This document shows positions 18,786-27,113 of a stretch of 64,000 bases of DNA, piece after piece. Position numbers and translations under genes: made by a program. The notes under the pieces were generated by a model. That model was not told the DNA's origin. It ran no database searches and saw nothing but the letters and a program-made list of their open reading frames with translations. Source of the stretch: Nitrospirales bacterium (GTDB taxonomy: Bacteria > Nitrospirota > Nitrospiria > Nitrospirales > UBA8639). Positions within the stretch are counted from its first letter, which is position 1. The number at the start of each line of letters is the position of its first letter. The stretch spans positions 1,713,224 through 1,777,223 of the forward strand of contig CBDBNQ010000002.1 of the NCBI GenBank assembly GCA_965207835.1. Reading direction: 5' to 3'.

Positions 18786-19325
18786 TCATGGGTGATGCCT
18801 CCAATCAAAACGAACTTCAATCTCCCGCAGCATGTCAAACGTATCCTGGTAAATGACGCCGAACTGTCGGCAAACGTTGGGTAGAGGCACTCGTTTCTTT
18901 ACATCCGGGTTGAATTTCTCCTGGGTAACCACGGTTGCGTTATGTCCCTTGGCGTAGGCGGCAACCCACCCATCGGCTACTCTTGCGAACTCCGCTTTTG
19001 CGTCAGGTCGAAATTGGTCATTTCTTCGGACCCAGTCCATCATTTCCGCGAAAGCATCTACGACCGACTGCTCTGCTGATGATATGAAGAGATCGTTTGG
19101 TGCATTTTTCACCCACTCGGCCAACTTGTCTGGAGTATCCTGATTATTTGGCCCTTCCATCAATTCAGCACGAACCCGATCTATACTCAACATTCGTCTC
19201 TCTTGGCTATAGTGTGTCAGGCATTCCCAGAAACCGGGGCACAGGTCTTGCGCGTAGTAGCGACGGTGTGCCTCTATGAAGATGTTCGTATCTAACACAA
19301 ACAACTTTTGCGCGTGGTTCATCAA
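18786..19325 (-). CDS. DUF4411-like (PIN-like fold) protein
   Basis: 179 aa. FVLDTNIFIEAHRRYY...FWE...ADGWVAAYAKGHNATVVTQEK...VPLPNVCRQFGV matches my recollection of the DUF4411 pattern. Confidence 0.65.
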   Translation of the reverse strand: MMNHAQKLFVLDTNIFIEAHRRYYAQDLCPGFWECLTHYSQERRMLSIDRVRAELMEGPNNQDTPDKLAEWVKNAPNDLFISSAEQSVVDAFAEMMDWVRRNDQFRPDAKAEFARVADGWVAAYAKGHNATVVTQEKFNPDVKKRVPLPNVCRQFGVIYQDTFDMLREIEVRFDWRHHP

Positions 19326-20494
19326 AGTAGCATGCTCATCTTTTTCGGCATTCTTTCAAAGGTATCTCCTTTCAGGCCGGTGAGGCTATACGCTTCACGA
19401 TAGAGCAGTCGCCCTTCTTTGACCGCGCGGATGATTGCGGTGCCAAAGCGTGGGCCTATGCGCCATTTCTGGGTGTTCCAAAAATCGCCGCCGTCTGCTT
19501 GGTCCTGTTGTCGGCTGTGCCATTCAGTGTCCTGATATTCCTGATAGAACCTGAAGAATTCATCCTGATCGATTAAATCGAGATCAAGGGCACGACGCGC
19601 TGCCACAAGAGAACTGACTTTGAAGTGACGAGCAATCGCCTGATAACGATCATTCGCTTGCTTGGCGGTATGCCAGAAATTGTTTAAATCGTCCTTCGGT
19701 ACCAGAAATTCAGCAGCCGCCTGATTGCAGAAACGCTCTGTGGCATGGGGCGCTGGCTGCAAGTTTTGGAAAATGGATACACCTGTCTCTCCCACAAAGA
19801 GGTGTGCCAGTTCGTGGGCGAAAGTGAACATCTGCGCTGCCTTGAAGTCAGCGCTATTTACAAAGATAAGTGGAGCATACTCGTCAACGAGAGCAAAACC
19901 TTGAAACTCATCAGAGGCTAGCTTGCGTCGCGTGTTGTTTCCCACGATGCCATTGAAAACCACCAGGACACCGGCATCTTCTGCTTGATCCCGTAGAACC
20001 TTAAGCGCATCCGTCCAAGTGGACACTTGCGAGGCCCAGTCGTGGGACAGTTGCAATGCCTCACGCATGGCAGCAGCGACTTGCCGTGGATGTGCATCAA
20101 TTCTGTAGGCTCCAACGAAGTTCAGAGGTGCGGCGTCATCTTCAATGAGTTCATCGCGCATCCAGGCCTGCCGTCGCTGCATAATCTCCACGGTTTCGAG
20201 AAGGTCTGGACTCGGCCGCGGCGGTGTGTCATCGCTTCGGGTCCGGAAATCAGGTATTGGCAAGTGGTCCTCAGGTGGTTCTGTTAGGTACAGAAAACCC
20301 AGAGGGGTATGGGTACGTTGGGCAAGCCTATCTGCCTGGGCAACACTGATCCTACCGGATTGTTCCCACTCCAAGACGCGTTCTGGTCTCACCTGCATCT
20401 TTTGGGCAAGTTCATCCTGGCTGACGCGCAGTCGCTCTCGTGCCCATCGCAACACGTCAGGCTGCAACGTTATCTTCAAGCCTCGGCTACTCAT
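19322..20494 (-). CDS. XRE-type HTH fused to ImmA/IrrE (COG2856) zinc metallopeptidase
   Basis: 390 aa with an N-terminal HTH (RVSQDELAQKMQVRPERVLEWEQ) and an HELAHL zinc motif. 4-nt overlap with the downstream DUF4411 gene. Confidence 0.8.
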   Translation of the reverse strand: MSSRGLKITLQPDVLRWARERLRVSQDELAQKMQVRPERVLEWEQSGRISVAQADRLAQRTHTPLGFLYLTEPPEDHLPIPDFRTRSDDTPPRPSPDLLETVEIMQRRQAWMRDELIEDDAAPLNFVGAYRIDAHPRQVAAAMREALQLSHDWASQVSTWTDALKVLRDQAEDAGVLVVFNGIVGNNTRRKLASDEFQGFALVDEYAPLIFVNSADFKAAQMFTFAHELAHLFVGETGVSIFQNLQPAPHATERFCNQAAAEFLVPKDDLNNFWHTAKQANDRYQAIARHFKVSSLVAARRALDLDLIDQDEFFRFYQEYQDTEWHSRQQDQADGGDFWNTQKWRIGPRFGTAIIRAVKEGRLLYREAYSLTGLKGDTFERMPKKMSMLL

Positions 20495-20780
20495 GGAGTC
20501 TGCTCTTTATCCAGAGAACGCATCAGAATGTTAGTAGCACCATTACTTGGTCCGACTCGTCGGAGTCATCTGGCAGGTCGTCCGTCACCTCACGCCGCTC
20601 AGTTTGCCAGTAACCACAATGGCAATCAAGCGGGAGCTATTCGAAGGATAGCAAGACGCGGGGAAAGCGGGTGGACGGTGAGGGAAGGAACGGGTCAAAG
20701 AAAGCAGGGGCTCTCGCGATATAAGATCTGTTACAAAAGGCTGAACACGAAAAATCAAGAAATCGTGAGACACCCTGTCA

Positions 20781-21278
20781 TCACTGGAGTTTCTCAGCTA
20801 ACACTTTTTCCGTTTGTTTTCTGCGGTACTCTACCAACCGTTCTTTGATCCCCGAATCTTCGAGGGCCAGAATCGCGGCGGCGAAGAGGGCGGCATTGGA
20901 CGAGCCGGCTTCACCGATGGCCAGGGTGGCGACGGGAATGCCCTTGGGCATTTGGACGATGGAGAGCAGGGAATCGAGACCTTGCAGCGCTTTGGATTGC
21001 ATGGGTACACCCAGAACCGGCAAGGTCGTCTTGGCCGCAATCACGCCCGGCAGGTGAGCCGCGCCGCCGGCGCCTGCGATCATGACGCGAATCCCTCGTG
21101 ACTCGGCTTGGCTCACGTATTCGAATAAGGCATCAGGAGCCCGGTGAGCGGAAATCACACGACATTCATTGGCAATGCCAAGCTGCGTCAACGTCTCGCT
21201 GGCCAACCGCATGACGTCCCAATCGCTTTTACTACCCATCACAATGCCGACTAACGGCGTATCGTTTGCTGAAGCCAC
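20781..21278 (-). CDS. purE: 5-(carboxyamino)imidazole ribonucleotide mutase
   Basis: 165 aa with [15 protein letters not shown] and [10 protein letters not shown] motifs. Confidence 0.92.
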   Translation of the reverse strand: MASANDTPLVGIVMGSKSDWDVMRLASETLTQLGIANECRVISAHRAPDALFEYVSQAESRGIRVMIAGAGGAAHLPGVIAAKTTLPVLGVPMQSKALQGLDSLLSIVQMPKGIPVATLAIGEAGSSNAALFAAAILALEDSGIKERLVEYRRKQTEKVLAEKLQ

Positions 21279-21418
21279 GAGCGTTCCTCCTTAACCGAAA
21301 TGGGATCGTGAAAGTGGAGCGTTTCGGAAACTCCTTACTGACAGGACAAGAGTGTACTGACTCGTCATTTCATTTACAATCTCACGAGCCGGGTGAATCG
21401 ACACGAGAAAAGATGGAC

Positions 21419-21520
21419 ATAGCAGGACATAGCAAAAAAATAGCAGAAACATAGCATTGGCATAGCATAATCATAGCAGAGTATAGCATAAGCATAGCAT
21501 TGATATAGCAAAACATAGCT
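21419..21520. repeat. Array of ten ATAGCA motifs at 10-11 bp spacing
   Basis: Motif starts at 21419, 21429, 21440, 21451, 21462, 21473, 21483, 21494, 21505 and 21515 (the last is ATAGCT). AT-rich island within a GC-rich genome. Confidence 0.85.
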
Positions 21521-21780
21521 AACTATAAGTACATATAATCGTAAGGCAGAACATAGCGTGAGATGGCGTTCAGGGTCATGTATCGCAATGATTTGCGGAT
21601 GCGGCCTGTTAAGAACGAACATGCCAGGGCACGGTGAACACACGGGCCGAACGGCTGGATGTGCTGGAGTCTAACTCATTGACGTGCAAAGGGTTTTGGT
21701 GCCCGTGTGCAGGAGAACGGCTTGACTGAATGGATGAGAGCCTGTAAATGTTTCATCATTCGTTGATAGGATAATCGGTC

Positions 21781-21863
21781 TACCTCCCCTTGCCCCTCCT
21801 TACAAAGGAGGGAAATGAAGAAGTTCCCTCTCCCCCGGCGGTAGAGGGTTAGGGTGAGGGGGG
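21781..21863. repeat. REP-like intergenic repeat cluster
   Basis: Contains CCTCCCCTTGCCCCTCCTTACAAAGGAGGG plus TTCCCTCTCCCCCGGCGGTAGAGGGTTAGGGTGAGGG modules. Confidence 0.6.
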
Positions 21864-21932
21864 AATGGCCGACGAATGCATGAACACATACAATGACAGC
21901 TTGGGCGCGTCTCCCGGATTGAGGCATTTTTT

Positions 21933-23240
21933 ATGACGGAAGCATTTCCCCTTCGATTACTGGCTCCGCTCGATGGTGAGCCGTGGGATATTGACGGCTA
22001 CGTCAAACGCGGCGGGTATGAGGCGTGGCAACAAGTGATTCGGGACGCCGACCCCGACAGGGTGATTGGTGAGTTGAAGCGAGCGAGTCTGCGAGGCCGG
22101 GGCGGAGCCGGATTTCCGACGGGCTTGAAATGGGATAAGGTCGTGCATCACCGGGAGACGGAACGATATTTCGTCTGCAACGCCGGCGAGCATGAGCCGG
22201 GCACGTTCAAAGACCGGTACCTTGTCGAGCACCACCCGCATCAGTTGATTGAAGGATGTTTGATCGCGGCCTTTACCATTGGTGCGCGGGAGGCCTACAT
22301 TTATTTGAACGCTGAATTTCTGGCAGCCCGGGCGAGTCTGGAAAAGGCCTTGGAGCAAGCCAGGACACGTGGATTTCTCGGCCAAAACGTTCTGGGGTCC
22401 GGGATGGACCTTGAATTGGAGATTTTTGAAGGGCATGGAAGTTACGTCGCCGGCGAGGAAACCGCGATGTTGGAGTCCATGCAGGGTCGTCCGGCGCAAC
22501 CAAAGGAAAAGCCGCCGTTTTACCCCACCGAGTTCGGGCTTCACGGAAAACCGACCCTGGTGAACAACGTCGAAACCCTGTCTCACGTGCCGCACTTGTT
22601 GCGCAATGGGGCGCAATGGTTTACGGCAGTGGGTGCGGAAAAGAGTCCAGGAACCATGTTGTTTTCGTTGAGCGGGGCCGTCAATCGTCCGGGCGTGTAT
22701 GAATTGCCTTTGGGGACGCCGTTGCGCCATCTGATCGAAGAATGCGGAGGAGGCGTTCCACATGGCCGCGGGCTCAAAGCCATCTTTCCTGGGGGACCGT
22801 CCTTTGCCATGATGGGGCCTGAAGCCTTGGACCTGCCCATGGATTTCGATGCCTTGAAGCAGGCCGGGACCGGGTTGGGGTCGGCCGGGGTGATTGTCGT
22901 CGATGATGCCACCTGTATGGTGGGTCAGACCCTCAAGCTCTCAACGTTTTTTCGGGAGGAAAGTTGCGGGCAATGTCCGCCCTGCAGGATTGGGACGGAG
23001 CATCTGGAAGAACTGGTGGCGAAAATCGAGGAGGGGAACGGGACACGGGAAGATCTGGATAAACTCTTGCAGATTTGCGGGTTCGTCAAAGGCACGGGCT
23101 ATTGCACGTTGGTGACGGGCGCCGCCGTCCTGGTCCAAAACAGTCTTCGGCTGTTCCGGCACGAATTCGAGGAGCACGTCGCCAAGCGAGCGTGTCCGTT
23201 TCATCCGACCGCCACGGAACCGGCGATTGCCGTGGGGTGA
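21933..23240 (+). CDS. NuoF-like NAD(H)/FMN-binding [4Fe-4S] flavoprotein (complex I 51-kDa subunit family), stand-alone
   Basis: 435 aa with GRGGAGFPTG, GEHEPGTFKDR and ESCGQCPPCRIG motifs. No nuoE or nuoG neighbours. Confidence 0.85.
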   Translation: MTEAFPLRLLAPLDGEPWDIDGYVKRGGYEAWQQVIRDADPDRVIGELKRASLRGRGGAGFPTGLKWDKVVHHRETERYFVCNAGEHEPGTFKDRYLVEHHPHQLIEGCLIAAFTIGAREAYIYLNAEFLAARASLEKALEQARTRGFLGQNVLGSGMDLELEIFEGHGSYVAGEETAMLESMQGRPAQPKEKPPFYPTEFGLHGKPTLVNNVETLSHVPHLLRNGAQWFTAVGAEKSPGTMLFSLSGAVNRPGVYELPLGTPLRHLIEECGGGVPHGRGLKAIFPGGPSFAMMGPEALDLPMDFDALKQAGTGLGSAGVIVVDDATCMVGQTLKLSTFFREESCGQCPPCRIGTEHLEELVAKIEEGNGTREDLDKLLQICGFVKGTGYCTLVTGAAVLVQNSLRLFRHEFEEHVAKRACPFHPTATEPAIAVG

Positions 23241-23250
23241 GTGATTCCTG

Positions 23251-23598
23251 ATGCCACGTGTCACCTTTATTCATCCTGAAGGCACGAGCGGAGAGGTTCC
23301 GGAGAACGTTTCCCTGCTTGATGCCGCTGAGCAGTTGGGGTTTCCACTCAATCACGATTGCGGGGGGAGCGCCTCGTGTTCGACCTGCCGCGTCGAAGTG
23401 ATTATGGGCGGAGAGCATTTGTCCGAAATAGATTTTGAAGAGCAGGACCTGCTCGATCGCGAAGCATTAACCGAATCCTATCATCGTCTGAGTTGCCAGG
23501 CCTTGATCCTGGGAGACGTTGTCGTGCAGGTGCCCGAAGAAAAATGGGCGTCTGCGGCTGCCGATCAGCCGGACTCCTCGAATGCCACAGAAAGTTGA
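23251..23598 (+). CDS. [2Fe-2S] ferredoxin (adrenodoxin/putidaredoxin-like cysteine spacing)
   Basis: 115 aa. CGGSASCSTCRV plus a distal LSCQ cysteine. Confidence 0.8.
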   Translation: MPRVTFIHPEGTSGEVPENVSLLDAAEQLGFPLNHDCGGSASCSTCRVEVIMGGEHLSEIDFEEQDLLDREALTESYHRLSCQALILGDVVVQVPEEKWASAAADQPDSSNATES

Positions 23599-23622
23599 CC
23601 CGTGAGCCGGAGCGGAACGGCG

Positions 23623-24084
23623 ATGAACGAAACCATCAGCGTGACCCGTCCATACCGGTTCTGCGCGGCGCATCGGTTGCATACCAATGCCTTGCCCGAT
23701 GACGTCAATCGAAAAATCTACGACAAGTGCAACAATCCCAATGGACATGGCCACAACTACACCGTGTTCGTGACGGTCACCGGAGAATTGGATCCCAAGA
23801 CCGGCGACGTGACGGACGTCGAAGCTTTGGACCGCCTGGTGAACCGGAAAATTGTGGAACGCTTTGATCACCGTCATCTGAATCACGACCCGGCGTTTCA
23901 GCAGGTCGTGACTACCGGTGAAAATCTTGTCAAATTCATTTGGGATGAATTGGTGAACGACGTCCCGGTGGGACAATTGAAAAAAATCGGGCTGATTGAA
24001 ACGCGTGACAATTATTTCGAATATCAGGAGTCCGTGTTACCTGAACCTCAGCGACCTGAGAAGAGGTCGTTCGATACCCGATGA
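23623..24084 (+). CDS. queD: 6-carboxy-5,6,7,8-tetrahydropterin synthase / 6-pyruvoyl-tetrahydropterin synthase family
   Basis: FCAAHRLH and [11 protein letters not shown] motifs. ATG at 23623 chosen over GTG at 23602. Confidence 0.85.
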   Translation: MNETISVTRPYRFCAAHRLHTNALPDDVNRKIYDKCNNPNGHGHNYTVFVTVTGELDPKTGDVTDVEALDRLVNRKIVERFDHRHLNHDPAFQQVVTTGENLVKFIWDELVNDVPVGQLKKIGLIETRDNYFEYQESVLPEPQRPEKRSFDTR

Positions 24085-24728
24085 ATAAGCGTCAATCTTC
24101 CAAGGCCTCGCCAAAGCAGCGCGCGCGGGCGACGAAGACGTTTTCAGACTTCGCCCAAAAGCCCGGCGACGGCAACGCGATCCAACCGTTGATCACACAA
24201 CTTCTCAAAGCGCTGGGAGAAGATCCGAAACGCAGCGGATTGGAGAAAACGCCCGAGCGCATCGCCAAGTCCCTCGCGTTTTTGACGAAAGGGTATACTC
24301 AGGACATCAAAGAGATCATCAATGGGGCCCTGTTCCCGCTCGAATATGACGAGATGGTCATTGTCCGCGACATTGATTTTTACAGCTTATGCGAACATCA
24401 CCTGCTCCCGTTTTTTGGAAAGTGTCACGTGGGGTATATCCCAAACAAACGGGTTGTTGGCCTCAGTAAACTGCCGAGGATCGTCGAAGCGCTGAGCCGG
24501 CGGCTTCAGGTGCAGGAGCGCCTGACCGTGGAAATTGCGGAGACGCTTAAGACGGAACTGAACCCCTTGGGGGTAGGGGTCGTCGTCGAAGCCCAACACC
24601 TGTGCATGATGATGCGCGGCGTCGAAAAGCAAAATGCCATCGCCGTCACGAGTCACATGCTGGGAGGGTTTCGCAAGCAACAACAAACGCGCGAAGAATT
24701 TCTGAAGCTCATCGGCCGCTCCATTTGA
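24081..24728 (+). CDS. folE: GTP cyclohydrolase I
   Basis: 215 aa. [20 protein letters not shown] motif. ATGA overlap with queD. Confidence 0.92.
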   Translation: MNKRQSSKASPKQRARATKTFSDFAQKPGDGNAIQPLITQLLKALGEDPKRSGLEKTPERIAKSLAFLTKGYTQDIKEIINGALFPLEYDEMVIVRDIDFYSLCEHHLLPFFGKCHVGYIPNKRVVGLSKLPRIVEALSRRLQVQERLTVEIAETLKTELNPLGVGVVVEAQHLCMMMRGVEKQNAIAVTSHMLGGFRKQQQTREEFLKLIGRSI

Positions 24729-24844
24729 GCCCGAAGGGCTCTCTCCGGCCCGTTGCTGCGCCGACACGCAACTCGTAGGGGCACCCCCCTGTGGTTGCCC
24801 ATGTCCAAGGACGGTTGTGGGGCGGGCAGGCACAGGGCCTGCCC

Positions 24845-25648
24845 CTACGAATCCAAACGTTCCACCGGCGTCAAAAAACTCAGGATTGCCTTGTTGAAGG
24901 CGGCAGGGTTTTCCATATTCGAAAGGTGCCCGGCCTGTGGGATACGCATAAAGGTTGCCCCGGGGATCTGGTTGGCCATGCTTTCCACTTCCTCGGGTGG
25001 TGAGGCGAGGTCCTCTTCGCCGGCCAGCACCAACGTTGGAACGGAAATGGTGTTCAACAGCGGAGTGGCGTCCGGCCGCTCTTCCATGGCCATGAGATCG
25101 CCCACAATTCCGGAAACCTGGTTGCCGGTGATGATCGTACGCAACTGACCCTGCAAGTCTGCGCGGTGTTCACAGGCAGCGGGGCTCAACAGTTTGGGCA
25201 ACATGAGATCGGCGATGACCGACGCTCCCCGGCGATACGCGATCTGGGCCATAGAGAATCGAGCGGCCTTGGCGTCAGGTGTGTCGGCCGTTGCCCGGGT
25301 ATCAGCCAACACAAGCGCTTGAAAGCGTTCAGGGTGCTTTCGATACAGCGCAAAAAGGATATATCCGCCCATGGACAATCCTACGAACGTCGCCCGGGCA
25401 ATACCCCGGTGCGCCAGCAAGCCGTGGACGTCATCCGCAAACTGGTCCAGGGTATAGCGCCACATCGGCGCATCGGATTCACCATGCCCTCGCAGGTCGA
25501 TCGTGACGACACGATACCGATCCGATAGTCCGGCAATCTGTGGTGCCCACATCGTCCGATTGAGCGGAAACGCGTGGAGAAACACGACCGGAGGCCCTTG
25601 TCCCTCATCCGAATAGGCAAGGTCGATGTCGTTAATGCGAATCTTCAT
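24845..25648 (-). CDS. Alpha/beta-fold hydrolase
   Basis: 267 aa with a VVFLHAFPLN start, a GLSMGG nucleophile elbow and a C-terminal GH. Confidence 0.8.
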   Translation of the reverse strand: MKIRINDIDLAYSDEGQGPPVVFLHAFPLNRTMWAPQIAGLSDRYRVVTIDLRGHGESDAPMWRYTLDQFADDVHGLLAHRGIARATFVGLSMGGYILFALYRKHPERFQALVLADTRATADTPDAKAARFSMAQIAYRRGASVIADLMLPKLLSPAACEHRADLQGQLRTIITGNQVSGIVGDLMAMEERPDATPLLNTISVPTLVLAGEEDLASPPEEVESMANQIPGATFMRIPQAGHLSNMENPAAFNKAILSFLTPVERLDS

Positions 25649-25791
25649 CGGGGATCTCTGAAGTTTACAGGCGGAGTAGGGCGATCATCATCCGGTATAG
25701 CCGTGAGTAGACAGCTTGCCCGTCATTTCATTTGCACCGGGTTTCAATGGCGTTATAGCATGCCGATAACGTAGGCCTCAGAAAAAACGTG

Positions 25792-27093
25792 ATGTCTGAC
25801 GAGACTCCACCTGACCTGTTCTCTGCCGCTCCACGGTCGAATCCTAAGTCAAAACGCACATCGGCGCAAATGCCGTCCACTCCGCTCGCCGAGCGGCTTC
25901 GTCCCCGAACGTTTGACGAATTTGTCGGACAGGACCACGTGCTCGCCGGGCATCAATCGCTCCGGCAGGCCATTGAAAACGACCGGGTTCCGTCGCTCAT
26001 TCTTTGGGGTCCGCCCGGGTCGGGAAAAACAACCCTGGCCCACATCATCGCTCAAAAGACGAAAGCGGCATTCGTGGCCTTTTCCGCAGTGATCAGCGGT
26101 GTACCCGAACTGCGAGGGATCATTAAGGAAGCCGTGCAGCGACGGCGCATTCATGACCAGGGCACGATTCTCTTCGTGGATGAAATTCACCGGTTCAACA
26201 AAGCGCAGCAGGACGCTTTTCTGCCTCATGTCGAAAAGGGGGACATCATTCTCATCGGCGCGACTACACAAAACCCTTCCTTTGAGGTCATTGCCCCGCT
26301 TCTATCCCGGTCCATGGTCGTGACGCTCAATGCGTTGGATGATGAGGCGATGGGCATGATCCTGGATCGGGCCCTGAACGACGTCGAGCGCGGGTTGGGA
26401 AAATCCGGGGCGACTTTCACGGATGAAGCCAGGCAGTATGTGATCCGGTACGGGAACGGGGACGCGCGGTCAATGCTCACGGCCCTGGAATACGTGGTCC
26501 TGCAGGCCGCGTCCTCTTCCGGGAAGCCGGTCACCCTTGACGCTCCACAACTGGAGGAAATCCTTCAGCAACGTGTGAGATACGACAAGGACGGCGAAGA
26601 GCATTACAACCTGATTTCCGCTTACATCAAAAGCATGCGGGATTCCGATGCCGATGCCGCGTTATATTGGCTGGCCCGGATGCTGGAAGGTGGTGAAGAC
26701 CCCAAATTCATTGCGCGACGCATGGTCATCTTCGCCTCGGAAGACGTGGGCAACGCCGAGCCCATGGCCGTGGTTGTGGCCACGTCGATTTTCCACGCCG
26801 TGGGAATGATCGGGCTGCCCGAAGCCCAAATCAATTTGGCGCAGGGCACCACGTATTTGGCGGCCTGTCCCAAGAGCAACGCGTCCTACGCAGGACTGAT
26901 CGAAGCGCGAAAGGATGCCAAGGCATTCGGCAATCTGCCCGTCCCTCTGCATTTACGGAATGCCGTGACGTCGCTGATGAAAGACCTGGGCTATGGAAAA
27001 GGGTATCGCTACGTCCATCATGACGAAAAGGCGCGAATCGAACAGACCCACTTACCGAAAGAACTGGAAAAGAAAAAGTATTATCGGCCCTGA
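25792..27093 (+). CDS. rarA: Replication-associated recombination protein A (AAA+ ATPase)
   Basis: LWGPPGSGKTT Walker A, LFVDEIHRFNK Walker B, and a MgsA-type C-terminal domain. Confidence 0.9.
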   Translation: MSDETPPDLFSAAPRSNPKSKRTSAQMPSTPLAERLRPRTFDEFVGQDHVLAGHQSLRQAIENDRVPSLILWGPPGSGKTTLAHIIAQKTKAAFVAFSAVISGVPELRGIIKEAVQRRRIHDQGTILFVDEIHRFNKAQQDAFLPHVEKGDIILIGATTQNPSFEVIAPLLSRSMVVTLNALDDEAMGMILDRALNDVERGLGKSGATFTDEARQYVIRYGNGDARSMLTALEYVVLQAASSSGKPVTLDAPQLEEILQQRVRYDKDGEEHYNLISAYIKSMRDSDADAALYWLARMLEGGEDPKFIARRMVIFASEDVGNAEPMAVVVATSIFHAVGMIGLPEAQINLAQGTTYLAACPKSNASYAGLIEARKDAKAFGNLPVPLHLRNAVTSLMKDLGYGKGYRYVHHDEKARIEQTHLPKELEKKKYYRP

Positions 27094-27113
27094 CCGCGGG
27101 TTCGGGATGTTCG

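Noticed and set aside
21374-21643. 89-aa ORF (-) rich in Tyr/Ala/Met/Leu/Cys.
   Set aside because: It is simply the translation of the phased ATAGCA repeat array. Low-complexity artefact.
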